This document shows, in pieces, positions 1-9,823 of a stretch of DNA of 36,336 nucleotides. The DNA is from a bacterium (GTDB lineage: Bacteria > SZUA-182 > DTGQ01 > JAFGSM01), in assembly GCA_049472335.1 (NCBI GenBank), contig JBLIRO010000049.1:1-36336 (forward strand). Direction: 5' to 3'. Every line of letters begins with the position of its first letter. Positions within the stretch are counted from its first letter, which is position 1. The position numbers and the translations under genes are program-made. The notes under the pieces are model-generated. The model ran no database searches and was not told where the DNA came from. It saw nothing but the letters and a program-made list of their open reading frames with translations.

Positions 1-1
1 T

Positions 2-208
2 TCCATGCTTGACCATGAGAATGTAAATATTGGCTCTATCCAGCGGATTTCAGGCCATGAGAACAGGTCAACAACAGAGATTTATCTGCATTCTATCGGC
101 ATGGCAGAGCGGGAAGCGATGAATGTCCTTGAGCAGGCTTTAAAAAGTCACACCCAAATTCACACCCAAAACAGGTCAACGAGAATTCATGAACTTGTAA
201 CTCGTTGA
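2..208 (+). CDS. Tyrosine recombinase/integrase, C-terminal fragment (5' end outside window)
   Basis: IQRISGHENRSTTEIYLH matches the box II (L)GH-x5-TT-x2-Y motif with the catalytic Tyr; frame open to the window edge; stops 6 nt from a tRNA 3' end. Confidence 0.85.
   Translation, partial: SMLDHENVNIGSIQRISGHENRSTTEIYLHSIGMAEREAMNVLEQALKSHTQIHTQNRSTRIHELVTR
148..170 (+). repeat. 11-bp direct repeat TCACACCCAAA x2, candidate integrase arm-type sites
   Basis: Copies at 148-158 and 160-170, about 45 nt from the tRNA 3' end. Confidence 0.5.
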
Positions 209-210
209 TT
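198..210 (-). promoter_or_regulatory. IHF-binding consensus site at the island junction
   Basis: Minus strand AATCAACGAGTTA fits WATCAANNNNTTR exactly. Confidence 0.55.
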
Positions 211-214
211 TTAA

Positions 215-292
215 TGGTGCGCCCGAGAGGACTCGAACCTCCGGCACATGGATTAGGAATCCATTGCTCTATCCTAACTGAGCTACGGGCGC
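215..292 (-). tRNA. tRNA-Arg(CCT)
   Basis: Reverse complement folds as a cloverleaf: GCGCCCG acceptor stem, GCTC/GAGC D stem, ATGGA-TTCCTAA-TCCAT anticodon arm, GGAGG-TTCGAGT-CCTCT T arm, encoded CCA. Confidence 0.97.
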
Positions 293-479
293 ATATTCTT
301 CAAATGTGCTTTATTTTTAACATGTTTTGAGGATTATGTCAATTTGAATGATTTGCGTGATAACACAGCCAGGCCTTAATAAATGATAAGTGATTCTTTA
401 TTAATTAAATAAATTCTGTAACATTTTATTTGTTTAAAAATGCCCACTTCTTTTTTAATATCTTTTTATAGTATCTTTA

Positions 480-509
480 TTGACATACAGATAATTTATT
501 GGATATACT
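480..509 (+). promoter_or_regulatory. Sigma70-like promoter for the permease/radical SAM pair
   Basis: TTGACA-N18-TATACT. Confidence 0.5.
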
Positions 510-688
510 TTTCAAATAAAAGGGGATTTCTCATTTCCAATCGCTTTGCCTTTGTGCCTTCTATACTTCTTCCCAACTTTCATTTGTGCACTGTTAATTA
601 GATAATTTTGGGGGAATGAGGCCCATGATGAGTCTGGTCTTGACTGTCCCTTTGGTCATACAGGCATTTTAATTGTCCGGATTATTCT

Positions 689-2518
689 ATGAAATTAAAG
701 AAGGAACTGAATTTACTTGATGTCTTTTGTATCGCAAGCGGGGCAATGATCAGCTCGGGGCTTTTTATACTACCCGGTCTCGCTCATGCACAGGCTGGTC
801 CTGCTGTTTTTATTTCCTATCTTTTGGCCGGACTTTTGGCCATGACAGGGATGTTAAGTCAAGCCGAGCTTGTGTCGGCAATGCCCAAGTCAGGAGGCAT
901 TTATTTTTATTCCACACGGGCCATGGGACCGGCGGTGGGCACTGTTAACGGATTGCTCACATGGTTTTCGCTTTCACTGAAGAGTTCATTCGCACTTGTG
1001 GGAATGGCTGCCTTTACAATACTCATCCTCAATATCGATATCCACATCATTGCCGTAACATTATGCCTTATTTTTATTATAATTAATCTTTTCGGGACAA
1101 AGAAGGCCAGCATAACACAGATAATTTTGGTGTCGGGCCTTATGGGTATTTTACTACTTTATGTGATTTACGGTTTGCCTGCCATTAAGGTTCAATTGCT
1201 GGAACCCTTCGCACCCAAAGGGCTTGGCGCGATCTTTTCTACAGCGGGTTTTGTGTTTATTTCCTATGGAGGTTTGCTGAAGGTGGCCAGTGTCGCCGAA
1301 GAGGTGAAGGACCCCGGACGCACAATACCGGTTGGTATGATCCTTTCCCTTCTGGTGGTAAGTATTCTTTATATATTGGTCGTTCTTGTGACGACAGGTG
1401 TGCTTGGTTCTTCCCAGCTTGACTACTCTTTAACCCCCATTTCCGACGGTGCAGCCGTTTTCATGGGGTCATGGGGAAGGATTGCACTGAGCATAGCGGC
1501 AATTTTGGCGTTTGTTTCAACAGCTAATTCGGGGATTATGGCCGCTTCCAGATATCCTCTGGCCCTGAGTCGTGATGGATTGTTGCCCAGTTTTTTCGGA
1601 CAGATCAACTCCAGGTTCAAGACGCCTCACATCTCCATATTGGTTACCGGTATCTTTATGATTTGTTCCTTGTTTTTAAAGCTGGATGTCCTGGTCAAAG
1701 CGGCATCTTCGGTTCTCATCCTGACCTTTATATTTTCATGCTTATCCGTTATTATACTAAGGGAGAGCCGTGTACAGAATTATCAACCCAGTTTTTATGC
1801 CCCGCTGTATCCATGGATACAAATCATAGGCATTATTGCCTTTGGATTTTTATTGTTCGGCATGGGGAAAGAAACACTTCTCACTAGTTTCATCCTCATT
1901 ATCAGCAGCTTTTTTGTTTATTTGTTTTATGGAAGGATCAGGACAAGCAGGGAATATGCGTTACTGCACCTTATTGAGAGGATTACTGCGGAAGAGTTGA
2001 CAAACCATTTATTGGAAACGGAGTTAAAGGAAATTATTCAGGAACGGGATGATATTATTAAGGATAGGTTTGACAGGATAATCGAAAATTGTCATATCCT
2101 GGATATAGACAAATCAATCGGGATGAGCGATTTTTTTAAACTGGTCTCTAGTACCATGGCCAAGGCTTTGAATATGAAGCCGGATGAGCTTTTGAACCTG
2201 CTCATGGATAGAGAGAGACAGAGCAGCACAATTTTGAGCCCCGGCCTGGCAATTCCTCATATTATCATAAAGGGAGAGCATGCCTTCGATATTCTTATTG
2301 CCCGCTGTAAGGAAGGCATCATTTTTTCCGAGTCTGCGCAACTGATACATGCAGTTTTTGTCCTGATAGGCACAATGGATGAAAGGAACTTTCATCTTCG
2401 GGCCCTGGCGGCAATTGCCCAGATCGTGCAGGACCCTCATTTTGAAAAGAGATGGAAAGCGGCCAAAAGCAAGGAAGCCCTTCGTGATATAGTTCTTCTG
2501 GGAAAGCGCATGCGCTGA
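689..2518 (+). CDS. APC-family amino acid permease fused to a C-terminal PTS EIIA (Ntr/Fru-type) domain
   Basis: About 12 hydrophobic helices with GAMISSGLF and AEEVKDPGRTIP motifs; C-terminus has RERQSSTILSPGLAIPH, the EIIA phospho-His motif. Confidence 0.9.
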   Translation: MKLKKELNLLDVFCIASGAMISSGLFILPGLAHAQAGPAVFISYLLAGLLAMTGMLSQAELVSAMPKSGGIYFYSTRAMGPAVGTVNGLLTWFSLSLKSSFALVGMAAFTILILNIDIHIIAVTLCLIFIIINLFGTKKASITQIILVSGLMGILLLYVIYGLPAIKVQLLEPFAPKGLGAIFSTAGFVFISYGGLLKVASVAEEVKDPGRTIPVGMILSLLVVSILYILVVLVTTGVLGSSQLDYSLTPISDGAAVFMGSWGRIALSIAAILAFVSTANSGIMAASRYPLALSRDGLLPSFFGQINSRFKTPHISILVTGIFMICSLFLKLDVLVKAASSVLILTFIFSCLSVIILRESRVQNYQPSFYAPLYPWIQIIGIIAFGFLLFGMGKETLLTSFILIISSFFVYLFYGRIRTSREYALLHLIERITAEELTNHLLETELKEIIQERDDIIKDRFDRIIENCHILDIDKSIGMSDFFKLVSSTMAKALNMKPDELLNLLMDRERQSSTILSPGLAIPHIIIKGEHAFDILIARCKEGIIFSESAQLIHAVFVLIGTMDERNFHLRALAAIAQIVQDPHFEKRWKAAKSKEALRDIVLLGKRMR

Positions 2519-2547
2519 TCATTTTAACCTGATTAAAGGATGATTGT

Positions 2548-3945
2548 ATGGACATTGCCTTAGTAAATACAAACAGAATGAAACCCCCTATAGCGCCCAT
2601 AGGTCTGGATTACCTAGCGGAGGCATTAAACGCTGCTGAACATTATGTAGAGGTCCTGGATCTGTGCTGGGAGGAGGATTGTGATTCTGCAATAGAGAGT
2701 TTTTTTAATAAAAAGGAGTTTGATCTTGTCGGGATCACGCTACGAAACACAGACGATTGTGCGTATACCAGCCGTCAGTCTTTCATTGATGATTTTGCTG
2801 GAATAGTTGACAAGATCAGAAAGAATACGGACGGCCTTTTAATAATCGGGGGTGTGGGTTTTTCTGTCATGCCCGATCGTATTTTAAGATTTTGTGAGGC
2901 GGACATAGGAATATGGGGTGATGGAGAGTTCGTTTTTCTGGATCTCATAAAGAGATTAGAAGGGAAATGGGAATGGCATGATCTGCCTAATCTTATCTAT
3001 AAGCGTGATAACAGATATTATCGCACACCTGCTTCCCTGCCGCTTTTGAAGAAACTTCCTCCAATGAGCCGGGATTGGATAGATAACCTGCGTTATTTTC
3101 AGGAAGGCGGGCAGGCCGGGATCGAAACCAAGAGGGGGTGCCCCTGTAGCTGTATTTATTGCGCTGATCCGGTGGCAAAGGGTAATAAGGTTCGAACCCG
3201 TCCCCCTGAGGCAGTTGTAGATGAGATGGAAAGGCTTTTGAATAAGGGAATTGACCATATACATACATGTGACAGTGAGTTCAACTTGCCCAATAATCAT
3301 GCCGCAAAGATATGCAAGGAGATAATAAAGAGGAGGCTTGGCGACAGGTTGCGATGGTATTCCTATTGCTCGCCCGTACCTTTTTCAAAAGGATTGGCCG
3401 GATTGATGAAACAGGCGGGATGTGTGGGGATCAATTTCGGAGTGGATAGCGGGGATGAGATGATGTTAAAACGACTATGCCGTGATTTTACACCTGAAGA
3501 TATCCTGCGTACGGTTCATTTTTGCAAGGATGCAGGTCTGTCCGTTATGTTGGACCTTTTAATAGGGGCGCCGGGAGAGACAAAAGAAAGCATAATCAAT
3601 ACCATCGAATTCACAATGCGGTCCAGAGCGGATCGGATAGGGATTGCCGCCGGCGTACGGGTCTATCCTGGTACACAGCTTAGCAGTATTATGGCACAGG
3701 CTGAATTGAAAGATGGCTGCGCGGGCGGACATGACCCATTAGAACCGTTGTTTTTTCTTGAACCTGAAGTGGCGCCGTTTGTTTTTGACCTTCTTGATGA
3801 TTATATAGGTGATGATCAGCGATTTTTATTCTTTGATCCCTCGAGACCTGACAGAAATTACAACTATAACGCCAATGAATTGCTTACAGAAGCCATTAAA
3901 AAGGGATATCGCGGGGCTTATTGGGATATCCTTTTCAGGTTATAA
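2548..3945 (+). CDS. Cobalamin-binding radical SAM methyltransferase, TsrM-like
   Basis: N-terminal B12-binding domain (PPIAPIGL, VGITLRNTD, IIGGVGFS); CPCSCIYC cluster motif; HTCDSEFNL. Confidence 0.85.
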   Translation: MDIALVNTNRMKPPIAPIGLDYLAEALNAAEHYVEVLDLCWEEDCDSAIESFFNKKEFDLVGITLRNTDDCAYTSRQSFIDDFAGIVDKIRKNTDGLLIIGGVGFSVMPDRILRFCEADIGIWGDGEFVFLDLIKRLEGKWEWHDLPNLIYKRDNRYYRTPASLPLLKKLPPMSRDWIDNLRYFQEGGQAGIETKRGCPCSCIYCADPVAKGNKVRTRPPEAVVDEMERLLNKGIDHIHTCDSEFNLPNNHAAKICKEIIKRRLGDRLRWYSYCSPVPFSKGLAGLMKQAGCVGINFGVDSGDEMMLKRLCRDFTPEDILRTVHFCKDAGLSVMLDLLIGAPGETKESIINTIEFTMRSRADRIGIAAGVRVYPGTQLSSIMAQAELKDGCAGGHDPLEPLFFLEPEVAPFVFDLLDDYIGDDQRFLFFDPSRPDRNYNYNANELLTEAIKKGYRGAYWDILFRL

Positions 3946-6900
3946 ACTACATATCCTTCATTATCCGAGATTTGAAACCTCTTTCCCGAAGATCTTCCAT
4001 TGAAATAATAAGTTGTTTCATGGGCTCCTGTTTTGCTGTTATACCTGTCTATACTTGAAATTTCATCCTTTGCCCAAAGATTTAAAAGAAGATCATTGGC
4101 TGTATATCCAGGATTAACCCACGGTATTGAAATAATATTCATACCTGTTTCCAATGATAGAGTCAGGGCATCGTTGTCCGGATTTCCATCAAAGAAGATC
4201 CTTTTCCCTTTATTCATATACACAAGATACCCTTCCCCTTTTTGGATGCCGAATTCATATTCGCCGGGCATACCGTTTACGTTATAACTGGTGGTTTCAT
4301 AGGTTTTTTCATCGGAGGTGGCTGTTTCTGTATTGTTCTTATACCGTTGTATCATATTGACCTCATTAGCATCTCCCAAATGAACCATCAGGTCATATGA
4401 GGTATAACCCTCGGGGATTTCAGCAGGATAGCCAAAGAGGTTCAATCCGGGTGATAAAAGTGCTGATGGGATATTAGGATCGGGCTCCAGGTCGAAGTCT
4501 ATTTCAATAGAAGACGAGCTAAAGCTGCTAAAGTCCATATCCGTGCTATGTTTTATATAGCCTGAAGCCAGGGCAGTAATCGTGGAGTTTTCCGTATGAT
4601 GGGGAATCACATAGGTTCCATTTTTCTCCGTTATACCCGATCTGCCTTCACTGGTGGAAATCAAAGCATCATAAATTGGATATCCGGAGGAAATATCCCT
4701 TACGGACCCAACGATAAACCACTCAACAGGGGGTTGGAAGGGGCAAAACACAGACAGATCATATTCCGTGCCTTCGCCAAAGGTGTTGGTGTCATACTGG
4801 CTGACCATTGCATAATAAATCCCGTCTTTGGGACATTCCCAGTTCATAAATTCATCCTCGCCTTTGAATCCGAGGTTTCTGCTATCAAGCAGGGTTTCAC
4901 CATCCGTGTCATACAATTCTATGACAGGATCGGCATTGGTCCCCACATTGTTTACCTGTATCCGGTATATTTCATCTGATAATCCATAAAATTTTACCCA
5001 GTCTTTATCCCCTGCAATATAGAAATTGTGGTGCTGCGGTATGCTTTCCAATATAATGACATTTGCCCTGGCAAGGATGTTATCTCCTTCATAGTTATCC
5101 TGTATAAGAGAAAGGGTTGCAGGTTTTGGCATCGAGGTCCTTTTTTCCTCATCTGTCGCATAAATCGTGACAATATAAGCTTTTGGTGCGGAAAGGCCCT
5201 TATATATCCCCTGATACTCTCCGGACCCTGCAGGGCTTAACATAAGTGTAGGAAGGTCAACAACGGTGGAAAGAAGCCCTGCAGGTTCATAGTCCTGAGG
5301 GACTATAACTCCAAAGACACCTTCTATGTCGTCTTTTGATATGAGCACTTCTGCCCGGATCAGGGCCGATCTTTCACCAGCCTCCACAGCCGATACAGCA
5401 CCTATGAAAGGGCCGTCCCCTGACTGTAGAATACCTGTTGAATAATCCCTGGCAAGATCACCATCTTTTTCGGGCTCATAGATGCCATCGGAATTATCAT
5501 CGAGTAAAGGCGCCTGGATATGGTTGAAGGTGGTGGTTATGGAATCAGAGGCATATCGAAATGCATCATATAGACTTTCCCCTCCCCATATCTTTTGCCA
5601 GAAAAGGTATGAAAATGAGAGTGTACCATCAAAGAGGAAGTGGGCAGGCTCATCAGGCCCTGCGCTAGCAATAAGTATACGCCCCTTTCCCTGGGGCGGG
5701 GCAATCTCATTGAGAAAGCTTCCTGATCCGCCGGCATCATATATAAATGCTATATTCCCCTGTATATTATCCTGAATTCCATCAAGCCATAAGTCCAGGG
5801 AAGAGGCAGAAAGGGTTTCATTTTGATCTATCTGGAAGGATTGATTCCTGCACTCCCCTACGAAATATACAAGGAGGTCAAAGGTGTTCTGGCCGGCCCA
5901 TGTTTCAAAAGCATAAGAGAAGCCTTCCATTTCTGAAGCGCTGTCACATCCAGGGTGGAAGGATTCAGGGCAGATAAGGTATATGTCCTCATCCGTATAG
6001 CCCTGAAAAAGCAATGCATCGTAAGCCAGAGAGGCATTGTGCTCTATAGCCTTCCTGAAAATGTCCGAGTCTGTATACCCTGCGCCAATGATGGCCCTGC
6101 GTCTTGGTGGATTTACGGAAACAATGGATGTGACTTTTGGGACCGACATCTGCCCTGCCCTGTCCATGGCGTATATAAGGATACTGTAGGTCCCTTCAGA
6201 ATGGAAACCGTCATAGGTGCCCTCATATGTCCCTTTATCGTCTGGTATCAGATCAATGCAGGGCAGGAGGTATGATGATCCAGGGACGTAGTTGGGCGGT
6301 CGAATAACAGCACACACCCAGGATATCCCATCATTGTCTGTGATATCTTCTGCGTAAAATGTGGCAGATGCGGTGCCGTTTATGGTCTGGTCAGGTGATA
6401 TGTCATTGATCACAGGAAGATCATTGGTGATTTCAACACCCTGGCCTATGATAGTGTTTTGGGCTAAGGCCCCATCCTCAGGCTCATTTCCTAAACCATT
6501 TCCGTTGTCATCAAGTATAGGGGTCTGATTGTTCAGAGGTTCAAGGATAGCCTTTGTCCCCTCAAATGCATTTTTGACATTAAACCCTTTGAAAATTTGT
6601 GTCCAGAAAAGGGAAGAGAAGGAGAGCGAACCTTGTATGCCCCCAAAGGCGTTCTCTTCAGAGGAACTGCTGGATATGAGGATCCTCTCCCTGCCTGGAG
6701 CAGTTGTCAGTTCCGGTAAGAAACTTCCCGATTCGGAGGCATCATATATAAGGACTACCCTGACAGGAATCCTTTCCTGAAGGTCATCGAGCCATGCATC
6801 AAGGTCACGGGAATTAAGGGCCTCTGTCTGGCTCATGAGAAAGGTCCCCTTGCCCCCGGGACCTATAAGATAGATAAGAACACGGTTTGTGTCTTCTGCT

Positions 6901-8942
6901 AATTCATTTAAGGCGGCAGAGAAGGCCTCTTTCGCGGGAGGACCCTGTACGTCATCCAATATTCCATTATTATCAAGATCCAGATTTGTATCTGAAGTAA
7001 AATAGATAATGTCCTCTTCTCTTAATCCCTGATGGCCCAGTATGTGCCAGGCAAGGTTTGCACACATCTGAGTTGTATCCCACAATTTGTTTCCTGTCTG
7101 GGAGCACCGACCTTTCCCTGCAACAATGATGGCCTTGGTGATACCTGCCGGCATATCATTAGGAGTAAATACCTGGATGCGGTGGTTTTCGGAGTCTGCA
7201 ACATATACCCTGCCGTCTGTAGCAACGCATAATCCAAGCGGCTTTTTAAGATCACCAAAAGATGATCCTAACCTTCCAAATGTGGATACAAAAAGACCTT
7301 CCGGGGTGAACTTCTGGATGCGGTGATTATCCGTATCCACTATGTATACAAAATCATAGGCATCAACCGCGATACCTGAAGGATATTGGAACTCCCCAAC
7401 CTGATAGCCCTCTATGCCCCATTTACCAATGAAATTGCCATAGGGGGTAAATTTCTGGATGCGGTGATTATAGGAGTCTGCCACATAGACATGACCCAGG
7501 CTGTCTATGGCTATGCCCAGGGGAAATTTGAACTGGCCGTTTCCTGTCCCGAGGCTCCCCCATTTTGCTATAAAATCTCCATCCGGACTGAATTTCTGTA
7601 TTCGGTGATGGTTTTTATCCGCCACATAGATAAAGCCCTGTTTGTCACAAGCGATTCTGCCGGGGTTGTAAAAATAGCCATTATCTCCACCGTAATCCCC
7701 CCATTCAATCACAAAATCTCCATCCGGAGAGAATTTCTGTATACGGTTGTTCACTGAATCCGCAACATAAATAAATCCTAAGCTGTCTATTGCTATATCT
7801 GACGGATAACTGAACTCCCCTTCTGATGAGCCATAGGTCCCGATTGCTTTTATAAATACCCCATCCGGAGAGAATTTATGGATTCGGTGGTTATTCATGT
7901 CCGCCACATAAACATTGCCCATGTTATCTAAGGATACCTCTGAGGGATTCCTGAACTCCCCCGCACCATTACCATAGGTCCACCATTTGTCAATAAATTC
8001 ACCTCCCGGGGAGAACTTTTGAATACGGTGGTTGTATGTATCCGCCACATAGACGAATCCCGGATCATCCAGCGCTATCCCGGAACAGGAAAGAAACTGC
8101 CCCTCACCTGATCCGTAAGTTCCCCATTTGGCTATAAACTCTCCACTTGACGAGAATTTCTGTATACGGTTGTTATACCTTTCTGAAACATAGACATTGC
8201 CTTCTTTATCTATGGCAATGCCATAGGGAAAATCAAACTTCTCATCCTCCGAGCCCCTGCTTCCCCATTCGGAGATATACTGCCCGTCTGATGTGTATTT
8301 CTTTACTCTGTGATTTGATACTTCTGTTATATATATGAACCCGTTCTTATCCGTAGTAATGCCACAGGGATGATTGAACTCCGTCTGACCCGTGCCTAAG
8401 CTCCCCCATTTATTTATGAAATCACCCCCGGATGTGAATTTCTGTATCCGGTGATTTTCCCTGTCGCAGACATATACATATCCTCTGTTATCAGATGTGA
8501 TCCCGTAAGGGTAAGAGAATTCACCATTACTGGAGCCGGGGCTGCCCCATGATGCTATAAACTCCCCCTCCGAAGTAAATTTTTGTATCCGGTGATTATC
8601 CGTATCAGCGACATACACGAAACCGTTCTTATCAATTGCGATCCCTCGAGGAAAATTAAATGCGCCTTCTCCTGATCCGTTTCTTCCCCATTTTGTCACA
8701 AGCCTTCCGTCCGGGGAAAATTTTTGTATCCGATGGTTATCCGTATCAGCAACGTAAACGTATCCCATTCCATCCACAGTGATCCCTTCAGGATTTGTAA
8801 AATGCCACATCTGCTGAATAGCAGGCCACATCCTCTCAAACCTGGAGATTTCAGAGAATGAAGTATGGGGAAAGATAATGGCTGATATTATGAAAAAAAT
8901 AGATATTATTGCCTTGGGATTTCCTGCTTTTTTAATGTACAT
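3918..8942 (-). CDS. Large secreted protein: signal peptide, 12 NHL repeats, two degenerate C13/caspase-fold domains, PPC-like domain, carboxypeptidase-regulatory-like domain, tandem C-terminal domain
   Basis: 1674-aa ORF with SD (GGAGAAAGGA); repeated F..P.GIA.D..G.VYVAD..NHRIQKF; duplicated AII.AG...LIY...L..WLD..Q...IYDA..SGSFL...FS..FW. Confidence 0.9.
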   Translation of the reverse strand: MYIKKAGNPKAIISIFFIISAIIFPHTSFSEISRFERMWPAIQQMWHFTNPEGITVDGMGYVYVADTDNHRIQKFSPDGRLVTKWGRNGSGEGAFNFPRGIAIDKNGFVYVADTDNHRIQKFTSEGEFIASWGSPGSSNGEFSYPYGITSDNRGYVYVCDRENHRIQKFTSGGDFINKWGSLGTGQTEFNHPCGITTDKNGFIYITEVSNHRVKKYTSDGQYISEWGSRGSEDEKFDFPYGIAIDKEGNVYVSERYNNRIQKFSSSGEFIAKWGTYGSGEGQFLSCSGIALDDPGFVYVADTYNHRIQKFSPGGEFIDKWWTYGNGAGEFRNPSEVSLDNMGNVYVADMNNHRIHKFSPDGVFIKAIGTYGSSEGEFSYPSDIAIDSLGFIYVADSVNNRIQKFSPDGDFVIEWGDYGGDNGYFYNPGRIACDKQGFIYVADKNHHRIQKFSPDGDFIAKWGSLGTGNGQFKFPLGIAIDSLGHVYVADSYNHRIQKFTPYGNFIGKWGIEGYQVGEFQYPSGIAVDAYDFVYIVDTDNHRIQKFTPEGLFVSTFGRLGSSFGDLKKPLGLCVATDGRVYVADSENHRIQVFTPNDMPAGITKAIIVAGKGRCSQTGNKLWDTTQMCANLAWHILGHQGLREEDIIYFTSDTNLDLDNNGILDDVQGPPAKEAFSAALNELAEDTNRVLIYLIGPGGKGTFLMSQTEALNSRDLDAWLDDLQERIPVRVVLIYDASESGSFLPELTTAPGRERILISSSSSEENAFGGIQGSLSFSSLFWTQIFKGFNVKNAFEGTKAILEPLNNQTPILDDNGNGLGNEPEDGALAQNTIIGQGVEITNDLPVINDISPDQTINGTASATFYAEDITDNDGISWVCAVIRPPNYVPGSSYLLPCIDLIPDDKGTYEGTYDGFHSEGTYSILIYAMDRAGQMSVPKVTSIVSVNPPRRRAIIGAGYTDSDIFRKAIEHNASLAYDALLFQGYTDEDIYLICPESFHPGCDSASEMEGFSYAFETWAGQNTFDLLVYFVGECRNQSFQIDQNETLSASSLDLWLDGIQDNIQGNIAFIYDAGGSGSFLNEIAPPQGKGRILIASAGPDEPAHFLFDGTLSFSYLFWQKIWGGESLYDAFRYASDSITTTFNHIQAPLLDDNSDGIYEPEKDGDLARDYSTGILQSGDGPFIGAVSAVEAGERSALIRAEVLISKDDIEGVFGVIVPQDYEPAGLLSTVVDLPTLMLSPAGSGEYQGIYKGLSAPKAYIVTIYATDEEKRTSMPKPATLSLIQDNYEGDNILARANVIILESIPQHHNFYIAGDKDWVKFYGLSDEIYRIQVNNVGTNADPVIELYDTDGETLLDSRNLGFKGEDEFMNWECPKDGIYYAMVSQYDTNTFGEGTEYDLSVFCPFQPPVEWFIVGSVRDISSGYPIYDALISTSEGRSGITEKNGTYVIPHHTENSTITALASGYIKHSTDMDFSSFSSSSIEIDFDLEPDPNIPSALLSPGLNLFGYPAEIPEGYTSYDLMVHLGDANEVNMIQRYKNNTETATSDEKTYETTSYNVNGMPGEYEFGIQKGEGYLVYMNKGKRIFFDGNPDNDALTLSLETGMNIISIPWVNPGYTANDLLLNLWAKDEISSIDRYNSKTGAHETTYYFNGRSSGKRFQISDNEGYVVYNLKRISQ
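7161..8804 (-). repeat. 12 NHL repeats (~47 aa each), equivalent to two six-bladed beta-propellers
   Basis: Counted in the translation from HFTNPEG to DLKKPLG. Confidence 0.9.
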
Positions 8943-9440
8943 TCCTTTCTCCTTTTTTAAAAATAGTTAAAAGATTCTATTACAAAGGATAAAGAGAACA
9001 CATAGTATTTCTGAAAATCGGATCTTAGGCTGAACCGGTTAATAGGTTATCTAAAATCAGTTTGATTATAGCGTCCTTTTATATTTTACCAGAAAAACAA
9101 TTATCTTGTTTTATTTTAATGTATTAATGAGCTAAATGAAGGGAGTTTAAGAATTATCAGTGTGAAATGTATCTTTCCTTTTAAAGGTACTAATATTCCA
9201 AATATGTATACATTATTAAAGGATGATAAAAATGAGAAGATTCAAGCACAACTCAATATTGATTTAAAGTTGCAATAGATTTCAAATGCAAGATCTTATA
9301 AGATTGTAAAAAGGCCATTGTAAGATCGAATGAATAGTATTTTATATATTACGTGATTGTCTCTCCGGAACCATGTCCCTCAAAAATACTTCAAGAAGAT
9401 TTCCCACCTTGATTAATAATAATATTCGAAGAGTATCGCT

Positions 9441-9668
9441 TCAATGCCTCATGATGTTCAGGATCGACCAGCTTATGGCCCTGATTGATTGAACGAAGAA
9501 ATATAGCAATGAGAAGAAAAAGACGATGGCGAAGTAAAAAATAGATCCGCTATTATTATCTCCGCCGATAATCCTTCCCATTATGGCCAGGCTCAGCCCG
9601 ATTGCCAGACAAATAAAAAATACGATCATTTCACGATGCAGGATATGTTTCCATCTCTGATTTAACAT
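9441..9668 (-). CDS. Small membrane protein with two TM helices (75 aa)
   Basis: Two hydrophobic segments; SD-like AAAGGGGCGG before the ATG. Confidence 0.7.
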   Translation of the reverse strand: MLNQRWKHILHREMIVFFICLAIGLSLAIMGRIIGGDNNSGSIFYFAIVFFFSLLYFFVQSIRAISWSILNIMRH

Positions 9669-9823
9669 TTCCGCCCCTTTCTCATTTTAAACAAAAAAGA
9701 GCAAATGACTTCATGTTTATTACTTGGTGTAAATAGGCCTAATTGATATTATAATCGGATAATTCAGGGTAAATGATCGGCCGTCAGGCTTAAGATTTTC
9801 TTGATGTCAATAATCCGGATGAA

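Noticed and set aside
605..665. Possible cobalamin riboswitch before the permease/B12 enzyme (GGGAA...ACTGTCCC)
   Set aside because: Lacks the other conserved blocks, including the B12 box
7161..8804. Regular ~141-nt periodicity that might suggest a CRISPR-like array
   Set aside because: Explained by degenerate in-frame NHL protein repeats; no identical repeats with unique spacers and no cas genes
8943..9440. AT-rich 500-nt gap with an 11-codon ORF (MRRFKHNSILI)
   Set aside because: No structure, repeat or coding signal beyond what AT-rich DNA gives by chance
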